In this document: piece by piece, positions 1 to 14,109 of the stretch | How the letters are laid out: every line of letters starts with the position of its first letter | Numbering within the stretch: position 1 is the first letter of the stretch | Assembly (NCBI RefSeq): GCF_964204645.1 | Contig: NC_134029.1 | Span: 13,170,850-13,234,849, forward strand | Source of the DNA: Tubulanus polymorphus | Taxonomy: Eukaryota > Animalia > Nemertea | DNA: 64,000 bases | Direction of reading: 5' to 3' | Notes under the pieces: model-generated | What the model was told of the DNA's origin: nothing | Databases searched by the model: none | What the model saw: only the letters and a program-made list of their open reading frames with translations | Position numbers and translations under genes: made by a program

Positions 1-569
1 AAAGATTTAATAAAACATTGAAAACTAGAATGTGGAAATATTTTACTGCTAATGAAACATATAAATATATCGATGTATTAGATGATTTAGTGAAAGGTTA
101 TAATAATTCTAAACATTCAAGTATTGGTATGAAACCTATACAAACTAGAAAGGAAGAAAATTCAGAAATAATTTGGAATAATTTATATGGAGCATTTGTT
201 ACACATGGTTTTGGTGAACCTAAATTTAAAATTGGACAACACGTTAGAATATCTAAATATAGAAAAACATTTTATAAAGGTTATACTCCAAATTTTACTG
301 AAGAAAAATATTCAAGATTAAAAAGATAATATTAACTAAACCATTTGTTTATAATTTGGAATATTTAAAAGATAAGGAAATATTAGGTTATTTCTATGAA
401 CAAGAATTATCACTTGTACCAAACCCGGATGATATAGAATACAAAATAGAAAAAGTATTAAACAAAAACTCTTAAAGGAAAAAAGTATTCTTTGGTGAAA
501 TATAAAGGGTATGATGATAAATTTAATGAATGGATTTTATCTAGTAAAATTAAAAGAATAAATGAATAA
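1..569 (+). pseudogene. Retroviral-like integrase, C-terminal part with chromodomain (frameshifted)
   Basis: RFNKTLKTRMWKYFT...YNNSKHSSIGMKP...KGYTPNFTEE, followed out of frame by the chromodomain-like YSLVKYKGYDDKFNEWI segment; homologous to 51658-52209. Confidence 0.88.
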
Positions 570-1173
570 AGATTTATTTATATTTGAACCGCATAATATG
601 TTAATAACTGGAGTAACCAACTGTGGTAAAACGCATTTCATATTAGATTTGTTAGAAACCATTTATAAGAATCCTTTTGATAATATAATATTATTTTGCC
701 CAACTTATGAAATGAATAAAACATATAATAGAGATATAGTTAAGATAAAAAAGTTTATTATATTAGATCCTAAAACAGTAAAAGAAAATTTAGATAATTG
801 TATAAAAATAGCAATTGATATTTATAAAGGAACAAATACATTATTCATTATAGATGATTGTGCTAATTTACATGATTCAAAAATTAGAGAAAGTGAGTTA
901 TGTTATCCGGCTTTCTATGGGAGACATTTTGGGATAACAACTTGGGTTTTAAATCAAAAATATAATTCAATTTTTAAAGATTATAGAGAATACTTTAGAT
1001 TTTTAGTATTATTCTACAATAAAGACAGAAAATCAATGCAACAATCTCTGGAAGAAAATCAAATTATACCTACTGAATTACATGATGAATATATGAATAA
1101 ATTAAAAAGTAATAAAGGTTCAAAATTATTACTGAGACTACAATTTCTTTATGAATATAAATTTATAAAATAA
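562..1173 (+). CDS. A32/FtsK-like DNA packaging ATPase (the only uninterrupted ATPase ORF in the window)
   Basis: 203 aa; Walker A GVTNCGKT, Walker B LFIIDD, GRH arginine-finger motif and following LNQ. Confidence 0.9.
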   Translation: MNKDLFIFEPHNMLITGVTNCGKTHFILDLLETIYKNPFDNIILFCPTYEMNKTYNRDIVKIKKFIILDPKTVKENLDNCIKIAIDIYKGTNTLFIIDDCANLHDSKIRESELCYPAFYGRHFGITTWVLNQKYNSIFKDYREYFRFLVLFYNKDRKSMQQSLEENQIIPTELHDEYMNKLKSNKGSKLLLRLQFLYEYKFIK

Positions 1174-1191
1174 GGTATTTTAAGCATTTAT

Positions 1192-1562
1192 GTATTAGAT
1201 ACGTATTATGTGCCTTAATACTAAAATTTGAAATATTATAGAATTTTGAATTGTGTATGATTAACGAGTGGACGAATTGGACGAATTGGACGAATGGACG
1301 AATTGGATGAATGGACGAGGGTAACATATGTAATTTATATATTTTTGTTATTTAAAAAAAACAGTACTAAAGTTATTTTATCAATTTTATACTATATTTA
1401 AATATTATTTTAATAAAATATAAAATATATTAGCTGAAAATATAAATTATATTAGTTAAAAATATGAATATGATAAATCTGTCAAGACATAGGGGTTTAT
1501 TTCAAATGAGACCCCCCCCCCCCCCCTGTCGTACACTCGTACCATTCGTACTATTCGTACAA
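1192..1562. repeat. Convergent intergenic region: GTATTAGATAC repeat, GGACGAAT(T) array, AT-rich core, inverted array
   Basis: tggacgaattggacgaattggacgaatggacgaatt at 1269-1320; inverted gtacgaat-type units at ~1528-1562; same layout at 40713-41169. Confidence 0.75.
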
Positions 1563-1578
1563 CAATATGTATAGGAAA

Positions 1579-2563
1579 TTAATATTTTTCATTTTCATAT
1601 TCTTCTTTAAGCTTATTATATTCTAACCCTATATTCCTTTTCATTGATATTGATTTAATTCCTAAATGATTCCCGAGTTTATATTTATAGAATGTTTCTC
1701 TTAAATATTTTTGGAATATAATTTTCGATTTCATTTTTAGATGGATGTTTATTTTAAAATTCTCTAAAATCATCATATTTAAGTTCAAATAAGTTCATTG
1801 CATTAGTTACATTTGCTTTAAAGTTATCTAACTTTTTCAATACGGTAACTATATCATTACTCGAGAAATAATGTATAAATGTTTTTCTATACCACCGATA
1901 ATCTAATATATTCATTTTATTAAATTTTGGATTTATAATCAATGGATTTTCTATTTCATTATTTGTACCTATATGTTTAATTGAGTATTTATGATACAAT
2001 TGTTTATCATATATTACATATTTTCTACATTTTTCACACCAAGATTTAAATACCTGTATTGCATGGGCTGAATCATTTCTACCTTTTGTTTTTAATTTAT
2101 AATGTTTCACCCAATTAGTCTTTGTTATACGTTCATTACAGAAGGCGCAATAATTTTGATCTTCTTTGCATTTATCTTTATATATATTAGCATATGTTTT
2201 TACTTATTGTAAAATATGTTCAGCTTTTTTAATATGAAACAAATAATCATTATAATTATCAAAATCTTCTTCACAATACATACATCTTATGATATCTTTT
2301 GGTTTAACATTTGATTTTTCTATTTTATAGTTAGAGGTAGATTCTGTTACATCTTCCATTTTAGGTTCAATATTATCTTCTTTTTTAGGTTCAATATTGT
2401 CTTCTATTTTATTTTCAATATTATTATCTATATTACTTATTCTATATTTGAATTGATTAAAGTATTCTCCAAAATACTTACTATATTCATCATAAGGTAT
2501 TACATGATATATATCTGATAACATTTCACTGGGACTTTGTATTTCATATATTCCACCTTCCAT
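1579..2563 (-). pseudogene. Multi-zinc-finger (CxxC...H...H) viral protein, disrupted
   Basis: Fragments CMYCEEDF..HIKKAEH, YCAFCNE, WCEKC..HKYSIKH; stop codon and frameshift; homologous to 41188-41970. Confidence 0.75.
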
Positions 2564-2596
2564 TTATTATAGAATTTTTTATTAAAATTAAAAATT

Positions 2597-3842
2597 TTAA
2601 TACATAACACTATCTAATTGAGAATTTACAATATCTTATTGCGCGTCAGATATAATATAAATGTGCATTTTGAAATTTTTGATTCCTTTTTTCTTTTTCA
2701 TGAATAATTGTATTCCATCTTTTGTATTTTGTAATTTTTTACCAGAACCATGTAATGAATTATCTTCAGTGGTTTTAAAATCTAACCATAATGCATATTC
2801 ATTACCGGTATAGAAATAAATTTGATTAATATTACAAATTTTCAGATGATTTTACTTTTTCATTCATAAAATGTTTTCTAATTTCTGGCCACTGATCTAT
2901 CATTCTCATTCCTTGACAGAATATTTTATTTGCTATACCTTCGATAGTTATTTCTACCTTTGATATTTCCGGATTATAATAATTATCAACATTTATTGCA
3001 CCATTAGAATATGTTGCAATGGTAAAAAATATTAATATATCTTTAATAGATCTTCTTGGGAAGTTATTATTCTCATTAATTATTTCATCATTTGCATTAA
3101 TAGTTACAGTTTTAAATTTATCAATATAATCATATAATGATGAAAATCCTTGATTGCATTGAGTTTGAATTATACTTGAAATATTTTCATCAGTTACTGT
3201 ATCATATTCTAAACATACATTCGATAATTCATAACCCATATCTTTAACTACACTTGATAATACAATTTCATTAACAGGAGCAAATGTTATTTCAAATATA
3301 ATATCTTCTTGTATAGCATATTTATATAAAGGCGCATTATTATTTATCAATTCAAAATCTATGGAATTTTATATTTGCTTCCATAAATCTTTTTTATTAA
3401 TTTATCTACATCATTAGTTAATATTGCGCTATTAGCTTCAGATCTTAATTTATTTTGGTTTTCTGATTGGATGCCTTGAAATATCATATTATTTCGATTT
3501 TCTTTTGTTAACCATAAATCTTTGTAATGCATAAATAAATTATAATCATCTAATGAGAAAACTGTTTCTGGTCCAATCTTTATGGTTAATTTTTTAATCA
3601 AATATCTCCCAACATTATCTACAACGTAATTATTATTATTACCACTCACATTTATATCAGCTGACAAATAAATACTATTTGGAACATAAAAAGTATTTTG
3701 ATTTAATCTCGGGATTCTAACATATAAAGTTTCATCAGGATTAATATTAGAAGGATTATGGGTAATTATATGATGAGATCTCTGCTTTAATAGCATTAGA
3801 TATTCTTCAATTCTTAGAAGGATTTATATAACTCCCTCTCAT
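2597..3842 (-). pseudogene. Probable double jelly-roll major capsid protein, frameshifted
   Basis: Fragments homologous to 55270-56516; ITHNPSNINPDETLYVRIP and LWLDF..TED..LHGSG motifs. Confidence 0.75.
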
Positions 3843-3857
3843 TTATTTAACAAAAAA

Positions 3858-5310
3858 TTAATTATTTATTTCTTATCATATTAACTAAACCAAAAATAAT
3901 TGCACTTACAACAGCAATTAAAAATAGAATAATATGTTCAGCAGCAAAGTTAATAATATTTCCAGCAGATTTCAATTAAAAACCAACAATTGACGCTATA
4001 ACTCCGGGTAATGCTGCAGCAGATTTTTTAGATAGTTCCCATAAATATTTTGCTAATTTCTTTAATCCATCTTAAAATTTATCTTGTATAGAATTATTAT
4101 CATTTGGGGATTTATCCAGTTTATTGGGAGTAGGTGTAGATTTTAGTGAATTTGATATTGCTAAACCAATAAATAACATAGTAACCGCTGTTAGAATTGA
4201 AAGAATTGTTATACCTTCTAATTTAAATAACAATTTTATTCTATCTTTCAATGATATTTCAGAATTTGGTTTTATCAACAAATCTTTAAAAATAACTTTT
4301 AATCTTTTAATATTATAATGACATGATTTTAATAATAATTTGATTTCTTCTTTCTGTAATTCTATGTTATATTCTAAATCATCTTTTTCTTTTTCTAAAT
4401 ATGCATTTCTTTTTCAAATTGAATTTCTTCAATAACTTTATAATCTTTATCTAATTTTAATTGTTCTATTTCTTTAATTTTATCAGTTCTATCTTTTTCT
4501 AGAGTTCTAATTTTAAAATCTCTTATACTTTTATCATGCGCAATTTTATCAGATGCAAGTCTTATACTAATGATTTCTCTAATTGCTTTATCAGAAAATA
4601 TATCTAAATCTTCTAATTCTTGATCTGTTACATCAAGAAACCCATTTGGTAAAAGTTTTTCAATTGGAACTTTATTTGATTTAAGTTTACGAGTTTTGGA
4701 AGTTATATTCTGTTGAGAAGTTGTTTCTGGTTCTAAATTATTATTGATTGTTTCAAATAATTCATTAATTCTTTGTTTAAATAATCGTTCATTTTTATTA
4801 ATTTCTGTGCTGGTAACATTTTCTATTTCATTACTATTAATTATCCTTTTAATTCTAGCTAGGTCTAACTTAAGCAAAGTTGATTCTGCTAATATTTTTT
4901 TTTTATAAGAGATATCAATATAATAATCATCTTTCAAATGATAATAATATTCACCATCTAAAGATTTTAATTCTTGTACTAAATATCTGGCACCTCTATC
5001 ATTTATATTAAATCCAGATCTTTCAAATATAGGTTTGAAATTATAAATATATTCATTATATTCTAAATTTTGTTTTACCAAATCTGGATTTTCATTGTCA
5101 GTATTTATTCTCGATTTAGTTTTTTTTATCAAACTCGTCTGTTGATGGGGCTTTAGAACCACTATCTGCTAAATTAGAATTATATGCTGATCCATCATCA
5201 TTATCAATATTAGTTTCATTAAAATCAGGTTGTGGTTCATCAGGTATAAATCCTCCATTATTATTTCCCATTTCTCCCATTTCATAAGCTTCTCCACCTT
5301 CTACCTCCAT
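3858..5310 (-). pseudogene. Coiled-coil, C-terminal membrane protein (homolog of 56557-58017)
   Basis: ORF fragments 5116-5310, 4395-5162 and 4072-4281 align with the 486-aa ORF of copy 4. Confidence 0.8.
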
Positions 5311-5332
5311 TTATATCATATAGAAATTAAAA

Positions 5333-6617
5333 TTAAAAATATAACATTCCTCCAATTACAATTCCTATACAAGTTATAGCTAATTTAGTATTTTCATGGG
5401 ATTTATTATCATTATTAGTTTTAATTATATCATGTTGAATAATATCAGTTTTTATATTTTCTGTAGTATTGTAATCTTTTATTTTAGAATCAATATCCAA
5501 TTTAATATTTTTAGTTTTATTTTCTGTTGATTGAATATGTTTTTTAATTTTTTCACCTTCCATTAGTTTTGGAGCAGTAATAATCTTATCTTTATATCAT
5601 TTAGTCCAAACTTATTATTTATTGTTTCAGTTTTAATTAGATTATCATAACCAATTATATTTCCCATCTTTAATATTGAATCATCAGAAATAATTAATAA
5701 ATTAGGTCCTATACAATAATTTAATCTTACATGAGATTTATCTAAATAATTTTGGTACCTGACTTTATTTTCTGGAATCGATCTATTCATATCTTTATGA
5801 ATTGAATCTTCAAATAAAACTTTTAATTGTTTTTGTGTATCAAATGATGTATTTAAATTTCCAATTATTGGGGATCTTGTTTCAACTTAAGCGCCTAGAA
5901 TACATATCAATTAAGTTCTAATTGATTCATTTATTCTTTGTATAACAGCTTTAGTAAATCCTTCACTATTTTCTAAAATAAAATAAACACAACAATTATT
6001 ATTTTCTTGTTTTAAATTATCATAAAATTTCGGTAATTTATTGAAATTTAATGTTTCTAAATCCAAAGTTTCTATTTTACCATAACCTAATTTATTATTA
6101 TAGATATTATAAAAACTATTAGATGGTATGGGAAGTGCACAATATTCTGCAATCTTTTTAGGGCACGGAAGTGATCTTATCGTTCCAACTTTTGTTCTAA
6201 AATCAGAATGATTTATATCTGTATTAAATTCATTACAAATTTTATAAAACTTTGATAAATTAATATTATTATCTAATTCTTTAAGATATCTAGATCCTGG
6301 TAAAGTGGTCTCTAATTCATTTAATATTAATCTTATTTGAAAGTATGTATGGAATCTAAATAAACTTTGAATTAATTTATATTTAGAATTATTCAAATGA
6401 TCATTCCAACTAATCCCACATCCTGTTGTAGCACAATAAACTGCAAAATTTAATTGGTTCTGTCAATACTTCATATTAAGTTTTTAATAACCATTGTTTT
6501 TCATCCTTCATTTTTTTTTATTAATTAAATATACATGAAATATATTTTCCACCTTTGCATTAAAATTATTAGTTTCAGTAACATAAATATCTAAATTAAT
6601 TAATGAATCTAAAACTT
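5333..6617 (-). pseudogene. Conserved ~460-aa structural-module protein with C-terminal TM, 5' truncated
   Basis: Fragments align with 58034-59421 (FRFHTYFQIR, YQNYLDKSHVRL, ITCIGIVIGG). Confidence 0.78.
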
Positions 6618-6677
6618 TAGAAATTAAAATTAAAAATATAATATTCCTCCAATTACAATTCCTATACAAGTTATAGC

Positions 6678-9600
6678 ATGTTTATAACACAAAATATAAT
6701 AAATTAACTAAATCAAAACCAATTGATGAAAATAATTTATCATATTATAAAAATGGTAATATAAATGCATCAAGTTATATCAAATAACCATTTAAAACTA
6801 ATGCTGTTATAAATGTACAAAAATGTATAAATGTACAAGATGATAAATGTTTTCTATGGACAATTATAAGTTGCTTACATCCAACGGAAGATATTACTCA
6901 TAGTTTTAGATTAAAAAATTATAAACAATTTGAAAATAATTATAAGATAGATAATTATCGAGTTAGAATTAAAAATATCCCAAAAATAGAAAGCGATAAT
7001 AATATAAAGATAAATGTGTTTGATTTAGTCAAATTGCCAAAAACAAAAGGTAATAATATTAAAGATTATACATTAGAACCTTTATACCTATCAAAAGATT
7101 ATGATTCAAACGGTGTTATAGAGATATTATATTATGAGAAACATTATATGTGGATTAAAAGAATTGATTTATTTTTCAAATCAGAAAATGATTTTGATAA
7201 TAAAATATATCTATGTAGGAAAGGTATAACTAAATTCAGAACTGAAAGTGCATTATTAAATCATAAACAATTATGTGAAAATCATGATTATTGTAAAATA
7301 GTTTTACCAAATGAAAAGGATAAAGTATTAGAATTAAAAAAATATCATTACAAGAATAAAGTACCATTTGTAATATATGGAGATTTTGAATCACTAAATA
7401 AAGAATTAACTGATCAAGATAGAAAAGAAATATATTATAAAAGAAAGAAATTAAATTCTGAAAATGATATAATTGATTATTCGGATCCTCTAATAACAAA
7501 TACTATTAAAAAGATTCATCAATCACCTGCAGCTTTCGGGTTATATATAAAATCTGATTATCCAAAACTAATTAAAAGTGAATATTATAATTATAGAAAT
7601 GAAAATGTTATCAATCATTTTTGTGACTTATTAATTGAATATGAAATCAAATTTAATAAATTGTTAAATAAAAATAAAGAAATAATTATGACAGAAGAAG
7701 ATAAAGAAGAATTTGAGTTTGCTGATAAATGTTATTATTGTGAAAAGACATTTGATTATAAAAAAGTTAGAGACCATGATCATTTGAATGGAAAGTTTAG
7801 AGGCGCAGCGCATGAGAATTGTAACTTACAAGCTAAGAAAATTAACTTTGTTCCAGCAATATTTCATAATTTATCAGGGTATGATGCTCATTTATTTATC
7901 AAACAGCTATGTCATAAAATAGAAGAAATTAATAATGAAATAGAAAGAGTAAATTCATATAGATCAAAAGATAAAATACCAACTTATAAATCTAAAATGT
8001 TAGCTAAAACATCTGAGAATTATATATCTTTCCAATTTGGCTGCCTAAGATTTATAGATTCATATAGATTTTTAGGTAGTTCATTAGATAATTTATCAAA
8101 ATCATTAGTTGATGATGAATTAAAAATATTAAAACAATACTATCCAAATAGTGATGATTTTCAATTAATGAGATATAAAGGAGCAATTCCATATAGTTTT
8201 TATGATTACAATATAACTGAATTATTAAAAGAACAATTCTACGATGAATTAAAAAATGAATGTGTTAAAGATGAAGTATATAATAGAACATTGAATATTT
8301 GGAATCATTTTGGAATGAAAAATCATGGACAATTAGTAGATTTATATTTAAAATCAGATGTATTATTATTATCGGATATATTCGAAAGGTTTAGAGATGT
8401 AAAATCTAAAATATTTTAATATTGATCCATGCCATTGTTATTCTAGCCCAGGTTTAACTTGGGATTGTGGTTTAAAATTTACAGATATAAAAATGGATTT
8501 GTTAACAAATATAGATCAATTATTATTATTTCAAAAATCTATAAGAGGAGGAGTTTCAGGTGTATTAGGTGATAGATATTTCAATGTAAATGATAACCCT
8601 GGATATAAGTTATTATATATAGATGCAAATAATCTATATGGTTGGGCAATGATGGAACCTCAGCCTTATGGAGTATTTGAAATAAGTGAAGTTTTACAAC
8701 ATGAAAATAATGATAAATTTGATTGGAAGTAAAGAATTCTTGATATTGCAGATGATTCAGATACTGGTTACTTTTTTGTTGTAGACTTAGAATACCCTAA
8801 AAATATTAAATTTAAATCTAGAAATCTAGCTTACTGCCCCAAACATAAAACTGTGAGACATGATGAATTATCAAATTATCTAAAAAGAATTAAACCTGAA
8901 AATCATATTCATACACAAAAGTTAATGGTAACTCAAGAAGATAAATATAATTATGTAGTGCATTATAGAATGTTAAAATTCTATTTGAATCAAGGAATGG
9001 TTCTAAAAAAAGTACATAGATAAATTTCATTTAGTCAATCTAAATGGTTAGAAAAATAGATAGATTTTAACACCAAACAGAGAACTAAAGCTAAAACTGA
9101 TTTTGAGAAAGATTTCTTAAAGTTAATGAATAATGCATTCAATGGTAAGACTTGTGAAAATATCAGAAATAGAAATGATATTGAGTTAGTCAATAATGGT
9201 AAAAGAATTAGACATTTACAAACACATCCTAAGTTCATTGGTAACAGAATATTTGATAAAAATTTAGCTGCAGTTAAAATGAGGAGAACTTCTATGAAAT
9301 TTAATAAACCAATTTATGTTGGTGCTTCAGTTTTAGAAATATAAAAACTATTAATGTATGAATTCTATTATAACGTATAACAACATCATTTCGGAGAAAA
9401 GCATATAGAAATCTTATATTTTGATACTGACAGTTACATATTAAAGATAAAAACTAGTAACATAACAGATCATTTAAAAACATTAAAACATCATTTTGAT
9501 TTCAGTTATTATCCTAAAAATCATGGATTGTTTAGCAATGATAATAAAAAGGTGCCTGGTAAATTCAAAGATGAATTAGGAGGTGAAGAAATGATAGAGT

Positions 9601-9957
9601 TCATTGGAATTCGATCTAAAATGTATAGTTATAGAACTAAAACTAATGAAGCAAAAAAAGTTAAAAGGAATTACCAAAAGCGTAGTAGAAAAGAATATTC
9701 ATTTCAAAGATTACATCAATTGTATATTCAATGAAGAAGTTAGAAAACATAAGATGAAATGTTTACGATCTGAGTACCACGAGATGTTTATTGAAGAAAT
9801 TGAAAAGGTACGTTTAAACCCATTTGATGATAAAATATATATTTTAGATGATGGAATTCATACAGTTGCTTATGGTTGCAATTTAGAAGAATATCTAAAA
9901 TCTAAAAAAGAAGAAGAGAAAGAAAAGGAAATAATGAACAGGATTATAACGTGTTAA
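6678..9957 (+). pseudogene. polB: Protein-primed family B DNA polymerase, 5' truncated, multiple frameshifts and stops
   Basis: Exo motifs IYGDFES, FHNLSGYD and YLKSDVLLL; EndoVII-like VRDHDHLNGKFRGAAHENCN; Pol motifs YIDANNLYGWAM, KLMNNAFNGK and YFDTDS; vOTU-like DDKCFLW...HYMWIK. Confidence 0.93.
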
Positions 9958-9986
9958 TTCAGTTTTAATAAAGATATATATCATAA

Positions 9987-10627
9987 ATGGAGCCGCAACA
10001 ATCACAAACTGTCAATAATACTGGGGTTATAAATATATACTATAAGAAATGTTCTAAATGTAAAATAAATAAGCCATTTACATATTATTATAAACGTAAG
10101 ATGGTTTACAAGATATTTGTAAAAGTTGTAATAAACTATATAGTAAACAATATTATATAAGTAATGCTGAAAAATGCAAAAATAATAATAAACAATATCA
10201 AGCAAATAATCCTGAAAAATGTAATGAAATGAGAAAATGTTTAAGTTCTAAAATATCAAATTTATTGAGTAAAGACAAACACTCAGTTACACTATCTAAT
10301 TTGTTAGGTTGTTCAGATGAATTCTTAAAATCATGGATTATATTTCAGTTTGATGGTGAAATGAATATAGATAATTATGGTGAATATTTCTAAATAGATC
10401 ATGTGTTACCAATATCTAAATTTAACATGAATGATGAATACAACAAATAGTTAATTTGGAATTGGAAAAATTTAAGGTCTCTTGAAAAGAAAGAAAATAA
10501 AATAAAATTTAATAAACTAGATTTACAATTATATTTAGAACAGTTAACAAAGGCAAACAAATTCATTGAATTATGGAATAGTGATCCAAATAATGAACAA
10601 TATATTGAATCTTTATTAAGTGGTTAA
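9987..10627 (+). pseudogene. NCLDV-type HNH endonuclease, degraded
   Basis: LSNLLGCSDEFLKSW...NYGEYF*IDHVLPISKF...WKNLRSLEKKEN; homolog of 49465-50137. Confidence 0.75.
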
Positions 10628-11016
10628 AGAATAATATAATCTAAATAAAAAATATTAAAAAAACATATATAGCTGCAAAGCAGCGATAACGGGTTTCTGC
10701 ACAGTCTAAGAATCCTGTTCAACGGTGGATTTCGACATAGCCTTTGATAAGGCACAACATCAGCCATTAATAACTAAACAGGCTATTAGGAAACAGTATC
10801 AATGATAGGTCGCCCAAATGGCTCAGCAGTTATCTCTGAACGAAAACTTGTAGCCGAAATCAACGGAACGCCTCATTTTGGAATAAGTCAGTCTAACTAG
10901 TGGAGTCACGCAAGGTAGTATCCTAGGTCGTCTTCGGTTTAATGTCCTGACAAATGACATACACAGTAATCCAAAATATACCAGACCGAGTAAATTTCCA
11001 AAACGAACTTAACACG

Positions 11017-11545
11017 CTGTTCGACCAAAGAACTTACTGTTCCGACAAGAAAATCGTGTTCGAGTGAAAACAATTCAGTTTGGTTGAACAATACGCTTTT
11101 TTGAACCAAAACTTTCTTCATTCTGACAAAAAAATGTTGTTCGAATGAAAAGCTATGTAATTGTTGAAATGAAAAACTTTTTGTCCCGGCAAAAAAATTT
11201 GGTTAAGCAAAAACAATTTTTTCGACCGAATATTTGAATGAAAACAATTCTGATTGAACGAAATACTTAATACTTTTGGTTTGGAGAAAAAACTTTTTAC
11301 AATATACTTGTTCGAACGAAAACTTAATGTTCTGACAAGAAAATTCTGTTCAAATTAAAACGATTCTGTTCGATTGAACGATTGTTCGAACGAAAAACTT
11401 TTTGTTTGGAAAAAAAAAAGTCTGTTCAACTTTGTTCTAACGATTTTTCAAATTGGTTCAATCGAAGAGAATATTATTGGTTGGAACGAAATAAATTTTG
11501 TTCCGACGAAAGAATTTTCAAGCGAAAGGTCTTTTGAACGAAAAA
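11017..11545. repeat. Degenerate minisatellite of TGTTCGAACGAAAA-like units
   Basis: Recurrent tgttcga.cgaaaa / gttgaacgaaa variants. Confidence 0.55.
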
Positions 11546-11576
11546 AAGATATTTCTGGGGCTCCGCAGTAACTTAA

Positions 11577-11919
11577 AGCCGGACGTAGTTCGGCCTTGTG
11601 ACGCGGGACGTAGTTCGGCCTTGTGACACGATGCGATCCTCGCGTTGCATCGCAAGTTTCGGTGCAAGTCGGTTGCGATACATTTGTGTGTAACTAGTTT
11701 CTGCCAGTCGCAAGAGCGTGTAGGTCGGTTGTGACAGTCGTGTCGCGTCGCAGAAAGTGGAACACGTGTGACTCCTTGTGACTGGCGTTGCTGACAGTCG
11801 CAACCCTTCGCAAGGGAGCGAAGGTCGATGAGTCGTTGTGACACAATTGTCGCTGGCGGTCGCAGTGAATGGCATCGCAGTGAGTCACAAGCCGTCGCAA
11901 AGCCGACCTACGCCCGCCT
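11577..11919. mobile_element. GC-rich MITE with imperfect terminal inverted repeats
   Basis: Left agccggacgtagttcggc vs reverse complement of right end aggcgggcgtaggtcggc; internal gtcgca/tgtgac repeats; TSD ambiguous. Confidence 0.55.
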
Positions 11920-13273
11920 TAGCTCATTAGGAATTAATGAAATACCAGTTTCATTTATGATAAAAAAACTCAAATGAAAAGTCTGGCTCATAAAGCTGTC
12001 TGCTCAGACGAAATTTTCAAAAAAAATCATTTTTGCCAATAAAATAGATAATTGTGATTTATCGATGCAAGTCAGAATCAGTTAATCACTAATTAACATT
12101 CATTTTAATAAATCTGGTTCCTCCTATACAGTGAACTCAGCTTTAACCTAGAAGAGGCTACTAGCCTATGTAGGCCTATGTATATGCGTAGGCCTAACAT
12201 CCGGACTGATTTGTCGTAGGCCTATTGAATAACAACCCTCCTAAATATCGTAAATTTTGTTTTGAAGTTCAATCCAATGAGTCCGTTAATAACCGCAACA
12301 TTTATACTGTGTTTGTTTGAGACAGTAAATGTCAGTACCGGTAGGCCTAAAGCCTTAAGGTCACGTAAAACTCGATAAACACTTCAAGCGACACAGCGAA
12401 CGATCTCCTTTCCCCCACAGCGAACGCTTACTCCGAATGTCAAGTGTGAGTCCAACATACGGATAAGAGTGTTTTATATACTTGTATTTAGTAAATACCT
12501 TGCGCCTTTGACAATGATCGGTATGTACTGTAGGAAATATAGAGAATTGATGGTATTGATAAAGAGGTTGAAGTTCGCGGCCGAATAAAGTAATATATTC
12601 TTTTATTTTGATACCTCGTCGACATAACAGCTTTTCTCCGCTATATCTCTTCGGCGTGTTTAGTTTAGGCCTACGACTCCCCGGTACACTAAAGATTTAT
12701 CTTAGTAAATACACGGTTAATTTGGTAAAGAAAAATAGGTATTATTGAACTAACTCCTTGAAACCCGCAGCCAAATCACTGGTAGTAACAAATTAATTTG
12801 TACTCGATTTGATTCTCGTGATGAGGAGAAACTCACAGCTGATCCCCGGAACGACGATGTAGTGACACACGTCGATTCGTCGATGTTTACGGCTTGAAAG
12901 TGCTTTTAAAATCTAAAGTAGTAAATTTCCAGTGTATCGGTAATATGATTTGATGAGGAAAATGGGCTATTGTTAAAATTACTGTTTGAAGACCGCGGCT
13001 GAATGTAAAGTCTGCGGCAATAAATTAGTTCATTTATACTTGAATTGATAATCGAAATGACAATCGGCCTGCGGGTTGATTTCGGGATGACGACTCGAAA
13101 AACATGTCGTCCCATTGAATGGAGCTAAATTTTCGATGTTTACGGCCCGACAGTGCTTTTTTAACGATGATTCGTGAAAAAATGTCACCCTGATATAATT
13201 TGCATATTTCATAATCATATAGATCCACAATGTCATATCGAACAGTTCATAACATTTCATAGCTCTACTACAT

Positions 13274-13275
<2 letters not shown>

Positions 13276-13336
<61 letters not shown>

Positions 13337-13377
13337 TATAATAATTATAATTATAATTATGATTATAATATAATATA
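13276..13377. repeat. (AAT)n microsatellite
   Basis: Long aat run decaying into attata units. Confidence 0.95.
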
Positions 13378-14109
13378 ACTTATGACTATAGTGTCAATAT
13401 GTGACATTACTCAACATGTTTTCACGATAATTAGCAATAGTCAATGCTCATCGATAATTAATTAATGTCTCTCAAACATGTCACTAGGTGTTTGTTTGTG
13501 GGTCCTGATGTCTACAACTTGTCTGACACCTAGTTCTCACACTATACTCATGATTCTGTATATAAAGGCTATGTAAAGCTATGATAATCATTCTCATTCC
13601 GGGATGCAATAAAGATTGTACATATAAGGTTTAACTGCCTTGTTGTTCCTGATGGATGGAATCCTGTACCGCTGGTGTAAATGCTAGTTCCCCAGCCAGC
13701 CTGCCGATACAACAACCAGCCGGTTACAAAAACACGCGGAGTATTTGTAGATCTGAGTGAGCTGAACGATATCATACGGATTGTATGGACAACAGCGGCA
13801 AGGTAACAAAGCCTTAGTTCTTTTAGTGAAAATAGTGTGTCATAAAATAATAATAAGAAGAAACACGCGAATCTCAATAGGGTTTTCTGTGATGTAACAG
13901 AAAACCCTAATAACTTCAACTAGCTAGTGAATTCTATTATATTTTTTCAAAAATCTATTATTTCTTTTCAAAAGGAGAATACTTTATATCACAAATAAAA
14001 AATACTAAAAATTACATAACTTCAACTAGCTAGTATTAACCCAAAGAGTAATTAGTATAATTTGAAGAATAAGTATAATATTTTGTTTTCGCTTATTTCT
14101 CTAATATAA

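Larger units (their letters stand above)
1..6617. mobile_element. Endogenous Polinton/Maverick-like virus, copy 1 (partial: integrase-ATPase converging on ZnF-MCP-membrane genes)
   Basis: AT-rich, gene-dense block with integrase C-terminus, Walker A ATPase and capsid-like genes, colinear with copies 2-4; many frameshifts; ends abruptly at a deletion junction. Confidence 0.9.
10668..13910. mobile_element. Non-viral composite insertion in the intergenic region after HNH
   Basis: Abrupt GC rise; flanks rejoin to match the uninterrupted region at 50150-50260; contains a degenerate minisatellite, a MITE and (AAT)n. Confidence 0.7.

Noticed and set aside
1481-1530. Poly-C tract as a functional G-quadruplex element
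   Set aside because: Present only in copy 1; looks like a small foreign insertion or homopolymer expansion.
11518-11900. Three overlapping minus-strand ORFs
   Set aside because: They arise from a GC-rich, stop-poor MITE and have no protein motifs.
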